The notes under the pieces were generated by a model that worked only from the letters and a program-made list of their open reading frames with translations, did no database searches and had not been told where the DNA came from. Positions 21,054 to 31,400 of a stretch of 64,000 bases of DNA are shown piece by piece. The stretch is from Ferruginibacter sp. (lineage in GTDB: Bacteria; Bacteroidota; Bacteroidia; Chitinophagales; Chitinophagaceae), in contig NZ_JACMOO010000435.1 of NCBI RefSeq assembly GCF_014377975.1, positions 6,577 through 70,576 of the forward strand, written 5' to 3'. How positions within the stretch are numbered: position 1 is the stretch's first letter; each line of letters opens with the position of its first letter. A program made the translations under genes and the position numbers.

Positions 21054-22142
21054 ATGAGCCAATTTTATGTAGATCCCAATATAGCAAAAGCCAGTACGAT
21101 TTCAACAGATGTTTATACCAGTAAAGCCATTTTTGAAGCAGCTAAAGAGAAAATATTTGCGTCCTCCTGGCAATTTATTGGCAGCAGGGAAATAGTAAAA
21201 TTCAACGGTGATGTACAACCTTTTACCTTGTTGGAAAATTATATGAACGAGCCGTTGATGCTTACTAAAGATACGGCAGGTGAAGTGCATTGCCTAAGCA
21301 ACGTATGTACCCACCGCGGCAATTTAATTTCATACAAACAATGCAGCAAAGCAACTAACTTACGATGCAAATACCATGGCCGTTTATTTGAGTTATCCGG
21401 AAAATTTATTTCGATGCCAGAATTTAAAGAGGTAGAAAATTTTCCCTGCGAAGCAGATAATTTACCCGTATTGCCTTTGTTTAACTGGGGCAATTTATTA
21501 TTTACCAGCCTGCATAAAAAAGACGAGGCACCTATTTATTTAAGTGAGATGATGGAACGCCTGCACTGGTTGCCCTTAGATGAATTTGTGTACCGAGGAG
21601 ACCTCAGTAAAACTTTTGATATTGATGCCAGCTGGGCTTTGTACTGCGAAAATTACCTCGAAGGTTTTCACATACCTTTTGTACACGCTTCATTAAATTC
21701 CGCATTAAGTTTTGGAGATTACACAACAGAGCTGTACGCTAAAGCCAGCCTGCAATTGGGCGTAAGTAAAGATGCCGCCAATTGTTTTGATTTACCCAAA
21801 ACTTCTATTGATTACGGGACCAATGTGGCAGCATATTATTTTTGGGTTTATCCAAATATGATGTTCAATTTTTATCCCTGGGGATTGTCGGTGAATATTG
21901 TAAGCCCTGTTGCGGTAAACAAAACAAAGGTTGAGTTTTTAACTTTTATGTGGAAGGAAGAAAAGTACGATAAAGGTGCGGGCAGCGATTTGGATAAGGT
22001 TGAAATGGAAGATGAAGAAATAGTACACAGCGTACAAAAGGGCATCGTATCAAGATTTTATCAGCATGGCCGGTATTCTGTAACAAGAGAAACCGGCACA
22101 CATCATTTTCACCGTTTGCTGGCAGAGAGTTTGAATCATTGA
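21054..22142 (+). CDS. Rieske non-heme iron oxygenase alpha subunit (choline monooxygenase-like)
   Basis: NVCTHRG...CKYHG Rieske motif and ENYLEGFHIPFVH mononuclear iron site. Confidence 0.9.
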   Translation: MSQFYVDPNIAKASTISTDVYTSKAIFEAAKEKIFASSWQFIGSREIVKFNGDVQPFTLLENYMNEPLMLTKDTAGEVHCLSNVCTHRGNLISYKQCSKATNLRCKYHGRLFELSGKFISMPEFKEVENFPCEADNLPVLPLFNWGNLLFTSLHKKDEAPIYLSEMMERLHWLPLDEFVYRGDLSKTFDIDASWALYCENYLEGFHIPFVHASLNSALSFGDYTTELYAKASLQLGVSKDAANCFDLPKTSIDYGTNVAAYYFWVYPNMMFNFYPWGLSVNIVSPVAVNKTKVEFLTFMWKEEKYDKGAGSDLDKVEMEDEEIVHSVQKGIVSRFYQHGRYSVTRETGTHHFHRLLAESLNH

Positions 22143-22237
22143 TTCGATGGCGCAAATAAATAGGTTTTATTTTATCACTCAACGCCAGTTAGTATGCAGG
22201 TTAAGGGAAAGAATATTTTTCTTACCTTCACCCAAAA

Positions 22238-22887
22238 ATGTACAATGATGATACCCAAAAAAAAATTGAGAATATCATTCAAGGAAGCGTCATCAATGGG
22301 ATTAAAGATCATTGCACAACAATCCGCAATTTCCTTTGCGCAAGCTTTAGCACAAGTACAACGGTTAAAAGAAACTTCGAAAGTAACGCACTCATTAAAA
22401 AAGAACAGGAATTAATTTTAAGGGCATATGCCACCGACCATCAGCTTTGGATCAATTAATTGCCAAAACATTATCTCGCCAGAGGTGGAGAATCAAAAGT
22501 TTATTTAGATGATAAAAACACACATGTTGTAAAAGTAAACGATGCCGTGTATTATGCAACATAGCTTGAATATTTTAATAGTCTCTTATTGCACAACCTT
22601 ATTTTTAGTGATACAGCCTATATCTTATTGGGGTTTATTGAGGTACTCACTGATCTGTATGCAGTTGTCTGGCAGCCCTTCATCATTGCTGATGGGCAGG
22701 CAGAACTGGAAGATATTCGGGATTTTTTGGAATTTAACGGATTTCAAAATACCAGGCGGCAGGCCTATTTAAATAAAGAATTTGGACTTATTCTGGAAGA
22801 CATACATGATGAAAATGTTATTGTTAAAAACGAAAAGTTATTTTTTATTGATACTGTTTTTATATAGTTAAGCCAGAAGCGATTTAA
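22238..22887 (+). pseudogene. Polyvalent-protein-associated Ser/Thr kinase-like gene, disrupted
   Basis: One frame with TAA at 22457 and TAG at 22562: ...RGGESKVY...VVKVND.VYYAT*LEYF...QPFI...LEDIHDENV...LFFIDTVF. Probable 1-nt loss in a T-run near the end (restoring it gives VFYIVKPEAI*). Confidence 0.75.
22245..22415 (+). CDS. Small basic helical protein overlapping the kinase N-terminus in the +1 frame
   Basis: Intact 56-aa ORF MMIPKKKLRISFKEASSMGLKIIAQQSAISFAQALAQVQRLKETSKV..., downstream of a TACCTTCA -7-like box. Confidence 0.35.
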   Translation: MMIPKKKLRISFKEASSMGLKIIAQQSAISFAQALAQVQRLKETSKVTHSLKKNRN

Positions 22888-22914
22888 GAAAAATAGAATT
22901 TTCGGTAAATAAAT

Positions 22915-23041
22915 TATTCAGAATATACAGAAAGTAATCGTATAAAGATTTAACAAACATAGCCGTTTCTCTGTTTTACGAGAACAGGGTACGCCCTTTT
23001 TCATCGTTTGCTGGCAGAGAGTTTGAATCATTGATTCGATG
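22915..23041 (+). repeat. Duplicated 3' end of the Rieske gene, copy 2
   Basis: 23005-23041 is identical to 22113-22149 (37 bp). The upstream part is a decayed homolog (..KHSRFSVLREQGT..). Confidence 0.85.
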
Positions 23042-23260
23042 CATTTAATAAATATTCAGCCAATTTCTTTTTTAGGATAGGCGTATTTTTTCTTTTGAAT
23101 TTATCGTAAAAAAGAAAGGCACACGAAGATTTTACATACCCGATACAACCGGAAATTTTCCTGTTTTCCCAAATTATTTTGTCGTTTCTCCTTAACCAAA
23201 TTGAGATATAATTTTCTTTACATTTGGCATTAATAATTTTGCTGCTTAAAATATTTCATA

Positions 23261-25201
23261 TTGAAACAAACAACAAAAGCACTTGACAAAATTTCGGCAG
23301 CAGGCCTCTTAATTTCAATAGGTATTGTATTTGGTGATATTGGCACTTCACCCCTGTATACCTATAATGCGATTCTGGAGAAATATCCGGTGGATAAAAC
23401 ACTTGCATTTGGTGCCGTGTCTGCTATTTTCTGGACCCTGATTTTTCAAACCACTATCAAATATATTATCATCACCCTAAGAGCCGACAATGATGGGGAG
23501 GGTGGTATATTTTCGCTGTATGCCTTAATAAAAAAATACAGTAAATACCTGGTGATACCAGCCATTTTGGGCGCAAGCTTCTTATTGGCCGACAGCATCA
23601 TCACACCGCCTATTTCAGTAACATCGGCCATTGAAGGATTGAAAATGATTTACCCTGATATTCCTGTAATTCCCATTGTGCTGGCCATACTTGTTTTTCT
23701 TTTCCTTATTCAAAGGGCGGGTACTTCATTGATCGGAAAAATATTCGGCCCCATTATGCTGGTTTGGTTTACCATGATCGGCATATTGGGCATCAGCAGT
23801 ATATGGCAAAACCCAGCCATTTTTAAAGCGCTCAATCCGGTGTATGCATACAATATGATTGCGCACTATCCGAGAGGTTTTTATTTATTGGGAGGCGTTT
23901 TTCTTTGTACAACGGGTGCCGAAGCACTGTACAGTGATATGGGTCATTGCGGCCGAAATAATATCCGCATCAGTTGGTTCTACATCCAGATTTGCCTGGT
24001 GCTTTGCTATTTGGGTCAGGCCCAGTACCTGATGCAGCATATTGGTGAATCTGGTAACACACTTAACCCTTTTTTCGGATTGGTACACAAATGGTTTTTA
24101 TTGCCTGCCATCATCATAGCCACGATGGCAACCATTATTGCCAGCCAGGCTTTACTTAGCGGAACTTTTACGCTGATCACGGAAGCTATCCGGCTAAACC
24201 TGTGGCCGAAAATGAGGATTGTTTATCCTAACAACATGCGGGGACAAATGTATATCCCTGGTATGAACTGGCTGCTATTGGTGGCTTGTTGTACCGCAGT
24301 AGTCGGATTCCGCACTTCGGATAATATGACCGCTGCCTTTGGTTTATCCGTTACCATTACCATGCTGATGACTACATTTTTGATCACTGCTTATCTCTAT
24401 ATCAAAAGGGTAAACAGAATATTGGTATTCCTGATGTTTGTGGTTTACCTGTGTATTGAAGGGTCTTTTCTTTTCGCCAATCTGCAAAAATTTGCGCATG
24501 GCGGATGGGTTACACTAATGCTTGGACTTATTTATGCCTTTATTATGTACGTTTGGTACAGGGTAACGCATATTAAAACAAGCGCCAATAATTTTGTTGA
24601 TACCGCTTCCGTATTGCCGCAACTGAAACAATTGAGTAATGATGACAGCGTTCCATTTTTTGCGGGTAACCTTGTTTACCTTACCGCCAGTAACGGCTCA
24701 GGGCAAATTGAAAACAAAATAGCCTATTCCATATTTGACCACCAACCCAAACGTGCCAGTCTATATTGGTTTGTACATGTAGAAGTACAAGACGAGCCTT
24801 TTACCACTGCATATGAATACACGATTGTGGCACCCCAGGATATAATATATGTAAAGCTGAAACTGGGTTTTAGGGTAGCGCCGAAAATACAGGTTTATTT
24901 GCAAAAGATCATCAGCGAAATGGCAGACCGGAAAGAAATTGAGGTGGCGCCCAAATACGCTTTTTCAGAAATATCCAAAAAAACCGGGGATGCAAAGTTT
25001 GTCATAATTCAGAATTTTTTAAGTAATCAAAACGATTTAAGTGTAGGCGATACGCTGGTATTGAATGTATATTTTCTCGTCAGCCACTTTAGCTTAAGTC
25101 CGGAACAGGAGTTTAGTATTGACGACAGTGATGTGATTTTGGAAAAATATCCACTGCTGCTTTCTGCGCCTAAAGAGATTGCCTTAACCAGGTTAAACTA
25201 A
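23261..25201 (+). CDS. kup: KUP/HAK/KT potassium uptake protein (accessory copy)
   Basis: GIVFGDIGTSPLY, RADNDGEGG, TGAEALYSDMGH, IIASQA; TAATTTTG -7 element at 23234-23241. Confidence 0.93.
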   Translation: MKQTTKALDKISAAGLLISIGIVFGDIGTSPLYTYNAILEKYPVDKTLAFGAVSAIFWTLIFQTTIKYIIITLRADNDGEGGIFSLYALIKKYSKYLVIPAILGASFLLADSIITPPISVTSAIEGLKMIYPDIPVIPIVLAILVFLFLIQRAGTSLIGKIFGPIMLVWFTMIGILGISSIWQNPAIFKALNPVYAYNMIAHYPRGFYLLGGVFLCTTGAEALYSDMGHCGRNNIRISWFYIQICLVLCYLGQAQYLMQHIGESGNTLNPFFGLVHKWFLLPAIIIATMATIIASQALLSGTFTLITEAIRLNLWPKMRIVYPNNMRGQMYIPGMNWLLLVACCTAVVGFRTSDNMTAAFGLSVTITMLMTTFLITAYLYIKRVNRILVFLMFVVYLCIEGSFLFANLQKFAHGGWVTLMLGLIYAFIMYVWYRVTHIKTSANNFVDTASVLPQLKQLSNDDSVPFFAGNLVYLTASNGSGQIENKIAYSIFDHQPKRASLYWFVHVEVQDEPFTTAYEYTIVAPQDIIYVKLKLGFRVAPKIQVYLQKIISEMADRKEIEVAPKYAFSEISKKTGDAKFVIIQNFLSNQNDLSVGDTLVLNVYFLVSHFSLSPEQEFSIDDSDVILEKYPLLLSAPKEIALTRLN

Positions 25202-25259
25202 GGCCAGGAACGCAAAGATGCAGAAAAGTATTCTGGCTTGCAAGGGCTTACACAAAGGA

Positions 25260-25452
25260 GAAATGGAAGATGAAGCAATGGTACGCAATGTTTGGTAAGG
25301 CATCGTATCAAGCTTTTATCAACACAGCATTATTCTGTTACAAGAGAACAAGGCACGCATTATTTTCATCGTTTGCCGGCAGCAAGTTTAAATCGTTGAA
25401 AAGATGGCGCAAATAAATAGGTTTTATTTTATAACTCAACACCCCAGTATGC
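25260..25452 (+). repeat. Duplicated 3' end and downstream region of the Rieske gene, copy 3
   Basis: Aligns with 22002-22197; 25403-25432 is identical to 22146-22175 (30 bp). Confidence 0.88.
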
Positions 25453-25637
25453 TTTCGCTGCGACATCTCTCAATGGGATTAAGCAGAACCGGGAACATTG
25501 TATCTATCTGGATTACGCTTTGCTTTTATTTGAAATATACTCGTCTTCCGGGCAATGTCACTCAACGGGCTAAAGCATTGCCGAAGACCTTGCTACGCAG
25601 TGTTCAAGGCATTTACAGGCAACTTCTGCATTGTACA

Positions 25638-25985
25638 TTATTTCAATCGATTTACATATAAGTCTTCCCCATTACGAATGTTTTTCATAATCAGTTGATC
25701 TGTCTTATTATTAAATCTTATAACGAATGTGCTATCCTCTGAATCAACTAAATTCTCCTCTTTGCTAAGTTTTAAACGACTGGTATCAGCTCCATAGGGG
25801 TGGTAAGAATATATACTATCATTGGCTTTAAGAATTTGAGCAGTATCAAACTTTAATCTTATGGTATTATACACAACCCATGTTCCTGCGTATTTAAATC
25901 CATTTGGTTTTTGTTTATGTATATTACAGGAGTAACAAAAAGTAATGATAAAAAACAAAAAATAAGATCTAGATATTTTATTCAT
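25638..25985 (-). CDS. Hypothetical small lipoprotein
   Basis: Basic N-terminus, hydrophobic stretch and CYSC lipobox-like site. Confidence 0.6.
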   Translation of the reverse strand: MNKISRSYFLFFIITFCYSCNIHKQKPNGFKYAGTWVVYNTIRLKFDTAQILKANDSIYSYHPYGADTSRLKLSKEENLVDSEDSTFVIRFNNKTDQLIMKNIRNGEDLYVNRLK

Positions 25986-26003
25986 TTTGCATTTTTAAGA
26001 ATT

Positions 26004-28418
26004 TTAATTCCTCAACGGCTTACCACTTTTCAAAATACTCTGTATTCTTTCCAATGTTTTCTTCTCGCCGGTAAGGCTTAAAAATGCTTCTCTTTCCAGG
26101 TCTAATAAATATTGTTCGCTTACTAAGGTGGGTTCGCTTAAATCGCCGCCACACATTACGTACGCTAATTTTTTTGCTACCGTAACATCATGTGCCGTGG
26201 CATAATTTGCTTTGTTCATTCCGTTGATACCTGCCAGCAGGGTGCCCAATGCAGCCCTGCCCATCACTTTAATATCCGTACGCTGTACAGGCATAATATA
26301 ACCATCATTGTACAGCTCAATAACGGCTTGTTTCGCTTCTGTAATCCTTTTTCGGCGGTTGATGCTTACCTGGTCACGGCCCTTGCGGTAAATACCCATC
26401 TCAAAAGCTTCCGCTGCAGAGGTTGCAACCTTAGCGGTAGCAATGGTGAGGAAACGATTTTGTATGGTAAGAATATCTACTTCGCCTTCCTGTGTTTCGT
26501 CTGCCGCCCTTAACACAAACTCTTTTGTACCGCCACCGCCGGGTATTACACCAATACCTACTTCCACCAAACCGGTATAGGTTTCAGCAGCAGCAATTAC
26601 TTTATCGGCATGCAAACAAATTTCGCATCCACCACCCAATGCCAAACCATGCGGTGCCAGTACTACCGGGATGGCTGAGTAACGCACCCGCATCATCGTG
26701 TTTTGAAATATCCTGATGGCCATATCTATTTCATCATAATCCTGTTCAATGGCCAGCATAAAAATCATTCCTATGTTTGCGCCTGCACTAAAGTTTGTGC
26801 CGTCATTTGCAATTACGAGACCTTTATATTTTTCTTCTGCCAACGCAATTGATTTCTGAATGCCTTCCAGCACTTCGCCACCGATGCTACCCATTTTTGT
26901 ATACCATTCCAGGCCCAATACATCATCCCCCAAATGATAAGTACGACAGGCACTGTTTTTCCAGATGGTTTGGTTGGCAAAGTTTTTCATTACAATAAAT
27001 GCCTCCCCAACTCCGCCAACGGAAGGGCTTTGGTAACCTCCCGTTGTTAGGGAATAATATAAACGCTGACCATTTTCTACTTTGTAAAACGTTGTTATAC
27101 CTTTCGCAATCATCTCTTCTACCCAAGGTGCTACCTTAAATCCGGCTGCCTTCATGGCTTCCATTGTTTTGGCTACACCCAGCGCATCCCAGCTTTCGAA
27201 AGCGCCAATCTCCCAGCCAAAACCCGCCATCATGCCATCATCTATGCGGTACAGTTCATCACTTATTTCCGGAATACGGTGAGAAATATAGGCAAATAAA
27301 TTATAGTGAAACAGCCGGTAAAATTCTCCCGCTTTATCTGTGCCTGAACACAATGCTTTTAACCTTATTTTTAAATCATCAATGGGTTTGGCGGTTTCTA
27401 TCGTTGCAAATCTTGGTTTGGTTCTTGGCTCATATTGCAGCGTTGAAAGATTCAGCACCTGGATTTCTTTTTCTCCTTTTGGCGAAGCAGGCATCTTCTT
27501 AAAGAAGCCCTGACCTGTTTTATCGCCCAGCCATTTATTTTCTACCATTTTATTTAACCATGCAGGAATTACAAATTGTTCCTTTGCTTCATCATCAGGG
27601 CAATTTTCATACACACCATTGGCCACTTTTACCAGCGTATCAATACCTACTACATCTGCCGTGCGAAAGGTAGCTGATTTTGGCCGGCCAATAATTGGCC
27701 CCGTCAGTGTATCAATTTCATCAACCGATAACTGCAATTTCTCCATCGTATTCATAATGGCCATTATTCCGAACACCCCGACACGATTGGCTATAAACGC
27801 CGGGGTGTCTTTACACAGCACGGTTGTTTTCCCCAATTGCAGACTACCATATTGCATTAAAAAATCAACTACCGCAGCATCGGTAAACGGAGTGGGAATA
27901 ATTTCAAGCAATCTTAAATACCTGGGCGGATTAAAAAAATGTGTTCCACAAAAATACTTTTTAAAGTCATCGCTTCTTCCTTCGGCCATCAGGTGAATGG
28001 GAATGCCGGATGTATTGGAAGTAATTAACGTGCCGGCTTTACGAAATTTCTCTACTTCTGCAAAAATAGATTGTTTGACATCCAGCCTTTCAACCACTAC
28101 CTCAATTACCCAGTCGCAACCGGCAATGTCTTTCATGTTATCTGTGAAATTGCCGGTGCTGATTTTCTTCAAGGCATCTTTTGTATAAACCGGCGAAGGG
28201 TTTGATTTTAAGGCTGCAGCAAGCGCATCATTAACAATCCTGTTTTTTACGGACGAATTATCTAAGTTCAAATTCTTTGCCTTCTCTGCATCGTTTAATT
28301 CCTTAGGCGCAATATCCAGTAACAATACCTTTAAACCCACGCCTGCAAAATGACAGGCAATCCGGCTACCCATTACACCACTGCCTAGAACCGCTACTTT
28401 TTTGATGATTCTTTTCAT
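26004..28418 (-). CDS. 3-hydroxyacyl-CoA dehydrogenase / enoyl-CoA hydratase (FadN-like)
   Basis: VAVLGSGVMG, SNTSGIP, HFFNPPRY, LGDKTGQGF, FSAGAN, ALGGGCE, GKPLRN end. Confidence 0.93.
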   Translation of the reverse strand: MKRIIKKVAVLGSGVMGSRIACHFAGVGLKVLLLDIAPKELNDAEKAKNLNLDNSSVKNRIVNDALAAALKSNPSPVYTKDALKKISTGNFTDNMKDIAGCDWVIEVVVERLDVKQSIFAEVEKFRKAGTLITSNTSGIPIHLMAEGRSDDFKKYFCGTHFFNPPRYLRLLEIIPTPFTDAAVVDFLMQYGSLQLGKTTVLCKDTPAFIANRVGVFGIMAIMNTMEKLQLSVDEIDTLTGPIIGRPKSATFRTADVVGIDTLVKVANGVYENCPDDEAKEQFVIPAWLNKMVENKWLGDKTGQGFFKKMPASPKGEKEIQVLNLSTLQYEPRTKPRFATIETAKPIDDLKIRLKALCSGTDKAGEFYRLFHYNLFAYISHRIPEISDELYRIDDGMMAGFGWEIGAFESWDALGVAKTMEAMKAAGFKVAPWVEEMIAKGITTFYKVENGQRLYYSLTTGGYQSPSVGGVGEAFIVMKNFANQTIWKNSACRTYHLGDDVLGLEWYTKMGSIGGEVLEGIQKSIALAEEKYKGLVIANDGTNFSAGANIGMIFMLAIEQDYDEIDMAIRIFQNTMMRVRYSAIPVVLAPHGLALGGGCEICLHADKVIAAAETYTGLVEVGIGVIPGGGGTKEFVLRAADETQEGEVDILTIQNRFLTIATAKVATSAAEAFEMGIYRKGRDQVSINRRKRITEAKQAVIELYNDGYIMPVQRTDIKVMGRAALGTLLAGINGMNKANYATAHDVTVAKKLAYVMCGGDLSEPTLVSEQYLLDLEREAFLSLTGEKKTLERIQSILKSGKPLRN
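27001..27031 (+). repeat. In-frame palindromic element in the FadN linker (QSPSVGGVGEAF)
   Basis: gcctccccaactccgccaacggaagggcttt with hairpin tccg-ccaa-cgga; GC-rich patch at the domain junction. Confidence 0.6.
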
Positions 28419-28611
28419 ACGTATTTTTTTGACCTTTAGAGATTGCCGAAATTAGTTAGTTAAACAACTATTTTATACTTCGAAGGTAGGATTTTTAAAT
28501 TATGGGAGAAATAATAAATGGGCGCAGGGAAACTGCTGCAATTTTAAAAAAGATTGAAAGTTTTACAATACACAATACTGCCAAACAGAAATAAATAATC
28601 ACCTTTTATAA

Positions 28612-29412
28612 TCAGTGATATAGCACAATTTTTACCTGCTGATCATTGTCAAGCGTGCGTTTAAAAATATTGCTTACAAAACTATACCGGTCATTTTCTG
28701 CCCAAATAAGAATGGGGTAATTGGGAAAGAATTTTTTAAGCAACGGGTATTGAAAATAATATCCTGACAAGGCACTTGCGGGATACATTTTCAGATTCAA
28801 AGCAATGGTATCAATTGCCTGGACAATCTCTTTTTCTGTATGCAGGTAAGGATTAAAAAAGGGCGTGTAATAACTGGTAAAAAATCCGCTGTCGCAGAAA
28901 GAATGCAGGTATTGCGGCGAAGATGACTCCACAATTACTTTATTTTGAAGCTGGTAACGCTGGCGCAAAAAGGAAATATATGCCCCGGACTTTTTTTCAT
29001 TGGCAATAGAAAGATTTTTAAAATCAAGCCAGATAGAAGCCGTTAATTTACGGGTAGCATAAACGTTTAAAATATCTTCGATAAAAGGGCGGGTTGTTTC
29101 TGTAGAATCATGATAAACCTGCAATAAATTTTTGACAGTATCAAAATATACATCCATTTCCAACCCTGCGGCATCCGCCGCAATTTGATCCATTTTTTGA
29201 ACTGTATTTACAGCCTTGATCCATTTTTTTTTGCTAATGATAAGCGGGTTATCACAAAGCTTTAAATATTGGGGAGAACGGTTGTCGGTAAATGATTTCG
29301 GAATTAAAACCCTGCTCATGCCTTTATGTAAAATAATATCCGCGGCCAGGCATAACAGCAATATGAGCAGCGACAGTGTATATTTGTTGAGTATAAAACT
29401 ATTTTTCTTCAT
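28612..29412 (-). CDS. Membrane-anchored PLC/GDPD-like TIM-barrel protein
   Basis: N-terminal TM helix, then AVNT...GLEMDV...VYHD...IWLDFKN resembling the PLC-like phosphodiesterase N-terminus. Confidence 0.55.
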   Translation of the reverse strand: MKKNSFILNKYTLSLLILLLCLAADIILHKGMSRVLIPKSFTDNRSPQYLKLCDNPLIISKKKWIKAVNTVQKMDQIAADAAGLEMDVYFDTVKNLLQVYHDSTETTRPFIEDILNVYATRKLTASIWLDFKNLSIANEKKSGAYISFLRQRYQLQNKVIVESSSPQYLHSFCDSGFFTSYYTPFFNPYLHTEKEIVQAIDTIALNLKMYPASALSGYYFQYPLLKKFFPNYPILIWAENDRYSFVSNIFKRTLDNDQQVKIVLYH

Positions 29413-29429
29413 TTAAATAAGTCCATCGT

Positions 29430-31346
29430 TTGTTTACTTTAAAAACCGCTGTTGTAAAAGAAAAAACGGCATGGCTATTTCTTTCAAAGCTACTTATTTT
29501 ACTAAGCGCTTTAAAATGTGTTTTCTTTTTTTATAACTATCGTGTTGCCAACGGATGGTCTGTAACGGGTGTAGCAAATGTATTTCAACTCATTAAATGG
29601 TCGCTTTTTTATGATGTGGCTTGTATTACACTGCTTCATCTTCCCTTATTTATTTTCTTTTTATTGCCACGAAAGTTAATACAAAAAAAAATAATCCGGG
29701 TTACAATAATTATCTTTTACAGCCTCGCAAATACCCTTTTACTTTTACTGAATACGGTAGATATTTTTTACTTCCGGTTTCACCTGCAAAGAGCCGATGC
29801 CGACCTGCTGTATGTTTTGCGAAATCCCTTTGCCAATGGCACTTTCCATGTGATACTTCTTGTATTGGCAATTATCTTTTATTGTGTGTTTATAGCCCGG
29901 TTTATTTACACCAGTTTAATAAAAATGTTAACGCAGCAAGCCACTGGCGTTCATTTTGTATGGACTACTATTTTACTTTTTATTTTATCAGGCTTATATT
30001 TTTTAAGTGGACAAAAAAAAATAGTACCTACTTATCCATTGACCCAACTGGAAGCGGTACAATTACCACTGGCTCAAAATTCTTTTCATACTTTTCTCTA
30101 CTCTGTATATCGTAAAAATGAAACCGCGTTACCTGCGGCAGATTATATGACAACAGCACAAATGGAATCATTATTTTCTATTCATAAAAAAAATAATCCG
30201 GTTACTGGTACTAAAAAAAATATTGTGCTATTTATTATGGAAAGCGTGCCCTACGATTTTTTTGACAGCAGCAGCCGGTATAAAGTAAGCATGCCATTTG
30301 TTGACAGCCTGATAAATAAAAGTACTTTTTTCAGCAACGCTTTCAGTTTTTCTTACAATTCAAACAAAGGGATTACGGCCCTGCTTGCAGGCTTGCCTAC
30401 CCTAACTGATATTCCATTGTACCACTCCAGTTATACGGCTATCAACCGAAGTCTTATCGGGAAATTACTGGCAAAAAATAATTACAGCTCCTCATTTTTT
30501 ATTGGTGATAATTATGACGACATGGGGTTTGCGCAATGCTGCAAGTGGCTGGGTATACAACACTATTATTGTATGCAGGATATACCCGGTTACCGGCAAA
30601 TGGAAAAACACAGCATGGGCTTACATGATGAATATGTGTTATCGTTTATGCAAAATAAACTGGCCGCAAAGCAACAACCATTTTTTGCAGTGCAGTATAA
30701 TATTTCCACCCATTATCCCAACGATTTACCTAAATTATTTATTGACAAATATCCACTACAGAATACCACACCGCCCATGAAGACCATGCAATACTATAAT
30801 GATTGCCTGCAACAATTTTTTAAAGACGCTGCTACAAAAGACTGGTACAAAAACACCGTATTTATTTTTTGCTCCGATCATTGGGCCGACCCGGATATTA
30901 AAAATTTCAGAATAGATGAGACCGGCGGCTTTAGAATTCCCCTGTTTATTTATGACCCTGCAAACGAAAAGAAAAAAATAGTCACTACTCCTGTCAGCCA
31001 GTTGGATGTATTCAACACCATCCTGCACTTTGGCAGCAAAGCAGATAGTATTATAAGTTATGGCAGCAACCTCGCTGACACCACTTTGCAAAAAGACAGA
31101 ACCATTTTTACAAGAATGAACAGCGCCGTGTATGAAGCCATCAACAATGAATACGTGCTGGGCTTTAACGCCGTGGAAGGCAAGCCGATGTACTGTTTTG
31201 ATTATTTAAAAGATCCACAGAAGAAAAATAACCTGTTGCATGAAGTCATTTATTCAACCAAAATTGACAGCATGATTTTACAGATGAAGGCCTTTTTGCA
31301 AACTGCATCTAACCATTACCGTAATAATCATGCTGCCAATGAATGA
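29430..31346 (+). CDS. LTA synthase-family / sulfatase-like membrane transferase
   Basis: Five N-terminal TM helices, NIVLFIMES, STHYP, FIFCSDH, SQLDV. Confidence 0.85.
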   Translation: MFTLKTAVVKEKTAWLFLSKLLILLSALKCVFFFYNYRVANGWSVTGVANVFQLIKWSLFYDVACITLLHLPLFIFFLLPRKLIQKKIIRVTIIIFYSLANTLLLLLNTVDIFYFRFHLQRADADLLYVLRNPFANGTFHVILLVLAIIFYCVFIARFIYTSLIKMLTQQATGVHFVWTTILLFILSGLYFLSGQKKIVPTYPLTQLEAVQLPLAQNSFHTFLYSVYRKNETALPAADYMTTAQMESLFSIHKKNNPVTGTKKNIVLFIMESVPYDFFDSSSRYKVSMPFVDSLINKSTFFSNAFSFSYNSNKGITALLAGLPTLTDIPLYHSSYTAINRSLIGKLLAKNNYSSSFFIGDNYDDMGFAQCCKWLGIQHYYCMQDIPGYRQMEKHSMGLHDEYVLSFMQNKLAAKQQPFFAVQYNISTHYPNDLPKLFIDKYPLQNTTPPMKTMQYYNDCLQQFFKDAATKDWYKNTVFIFCSDHWADPDIKNFRIDETGGFRIPLFIYDPANEKKKIVTTPVSQLDVFNTILHFGSKADSIISYGSNLADTTLQKDRTIFTRMNSAVYEAINNEYVLGFNAVEGKPMYCFDYLKDPQKKNNLLHEVIYSTKIDSMILQMKAFLQTASNHYRNNHAANE

Positions 31347-31400
31347 TATCAGTTTATTTTTGTGAAGCCTCCCTTTTATTGATGCCAGAAGATAAAAAAA

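Noticed and set aside
22002-25452. Diversity-generating retroelement template/variable repeats
   Set aside because: No reverse transcriptase is present. The differences are not restricted to adenines and include indels and stops.
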